From Octopus sinensis (taxonomy: Eukaryota), in contig NW_021828728.1 in the NCBI RefSeq assembly GCF_006345805.1, positions 1-7,818 on the forward strand: a DNA stretch of 7,818 nucleotides. The letters are read 5' to 3'. Positions 6,900 through 7,818 of the stretch are shown here, in pieces (the stretch's first letter is position 1; every line of letters begins with the position of its first letter). The notes under the pieces were generated by a model. The model made no database searches. It was given only the letters and a program-made list of their open reading frames with translations, and was not told the origin of the DNA. A program made the translations under genes and the position numbers.

Positions 6900-7281
6900 C
6901 TAGCAGTATCGCCCGGCGTTGCTCGGGTTTGTAAGGGAAATAACTATAAAGCATTTTTAGAGAGTTATAGCCAAAAAATAGAAAAAATGCATTTAAAATG
7001 GAAAAAAAATTATGGTAATTTTTTTTTTAAATCGTTGACTCATCGTAGACATTTTTAGAGAGTTACTTCTCTTTATTTAAAAAAATATGCATTAAAATGG
7101 AAAAAAATGATGGTAAATTATTTTTAAAATCGTAGACTCATCGTAGACGCGCGCTAATGCACAGAGGGGCTCTATATGAATTACGCATCGCAAAATGTTA
7201 AACTGCATCGCAAAATGTGGGAGTAGTTAGGAATCTAAATCGGAGTAGACAGACACACAACCTTTCTTTTATATATAAAGA
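6900..7281 (-). mobile_element. Non-autonomous Helitron, copy B (same family as A, opposite strand, two internal units)
   Basis: On the - strand: A|TCTTTATATATAAAAG starting at 7281; hairpin at 6912-6927; CTAG at 6903-6900 followed by T. Colinear with copy A; units at ~6952-7050 and 7051-7148. Confidence 0.85.
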
Positions 7282-7357
7282 TGATCTGGAACAAAACGGC
7301 AACGAAATTGGACACAGAAACACTATACAGGTAAAGAATTTCAGGAAAAACCTTCCA

Positions 7358-7360
<3 letters not shown>

Positions 7361-7397
<37 letters not shown>

Positions 7398-7424
7398 TAT
7401 ATAATATATATATATATATATATA
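7361..7424. repeat. (TA)n microsatellite
   Basis: TA run with two interruptions. Confidence 0.95.
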
Positions 7425-7638
7425 AAGTTAATCCAAACATGAAAACACACAAAGAAAACACAACAACGCGAGGACGTGGAACAAATATAGTATTATTGGA
7501 CGCTCAGGAAGGAAGGGAAGAAGGATGGTATTATACGTTTTGGAGCGGAGCTCTTCGTCAGAATCATAGGAAAAGGAAAGATCTAGAGAAGGGAAGACGG
7601 AGGAAAAAAAAATCGCCAACGGTACACACGCGGTCACA
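7425..7638 (-). mobile_element. Penelope-type pseudo-LTR-like repeat (common Octopus repeat)
   Basis: Recognised from memory as an abundant Octopus repeat (AAGTTAATCCAAACATG...GGACGCTCAGG...CGCGGTCACA). It contains a CTGACGAAG-stem-GAAAC-type motif on the - strand, as found in PLE pseudo-LTRs, and is bounded by microsatellites on both sides. Confidence 0.55.
7530..7567 (-). ncRNA. Degenerate minimal hammerhead ribozyme motif
   Basis: - strand ATGATT-CTGACGA(7561-7555)-A-GAGC-TCC-GCTC(7553-7543)-CAAAAC-GTA-TAATA. The CUGANGA core and stem II are present, but the required GAAA reads CAAA. Confidence 0.5.
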
Positions 7639-7674
<36 letters not shown>

Positions 7675-7725
7675 TGTATGTATATCTATGTATGTATGTA
7701 TGTATATATATATATATATATATAA
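7639..7725. repeat. (TATG)n/(TA)n microsatellite
   Basis: TATG tetranucleotide run grading into TA. Confidence 0.95.
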
Positions 7726-7818
7726 ATACATTGACACATATCCAAATGCACGGCAAACGCATATACAGACACACCTACACACATACAATTATACGCTTGC
7801 ATACATATATACAACTAC

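Overview
Repeat-saturated eukaryotic non-coding DNA (intergenic or intronic), most likely from a coleoid cephalopod (Octopus). That assignment is an inference from recognising the SINE, Helitron and pLTR families from memory and from the dense (TA)n/(CA)n microsatellites. No intact protein-coding gene is supported; most listed ORFs are microsatellite artefacts or pieces of decayed transposons. Left to right: microsatellites; a possible MITE remnant carrying a 5'-truncated Nin-type SINE; an RTE-type 5' leader that starts with a degenerate HDV-like ribozyme fold; a decayed RTE LINE reverse transcriptase (- strand); a non-repetitive island with six E-boxes in 60 bp; a decayed Penelope-like RT (+ strand) interrupted by two different tRNA-derived SINEs; two convergent non-autonomous Helitrons with 3 versus 2 internal 100-bp units; and a Penelope-type pseudo-LTR with a degenerate hammerhead ribozyme. 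I did not find a convincing new multi-gene system. The best leads are the two ribozyme-like motifs, the E-box cluster and the inverted Helitron pair. All protein and family matches were made by eye from hand translation, not by database search.
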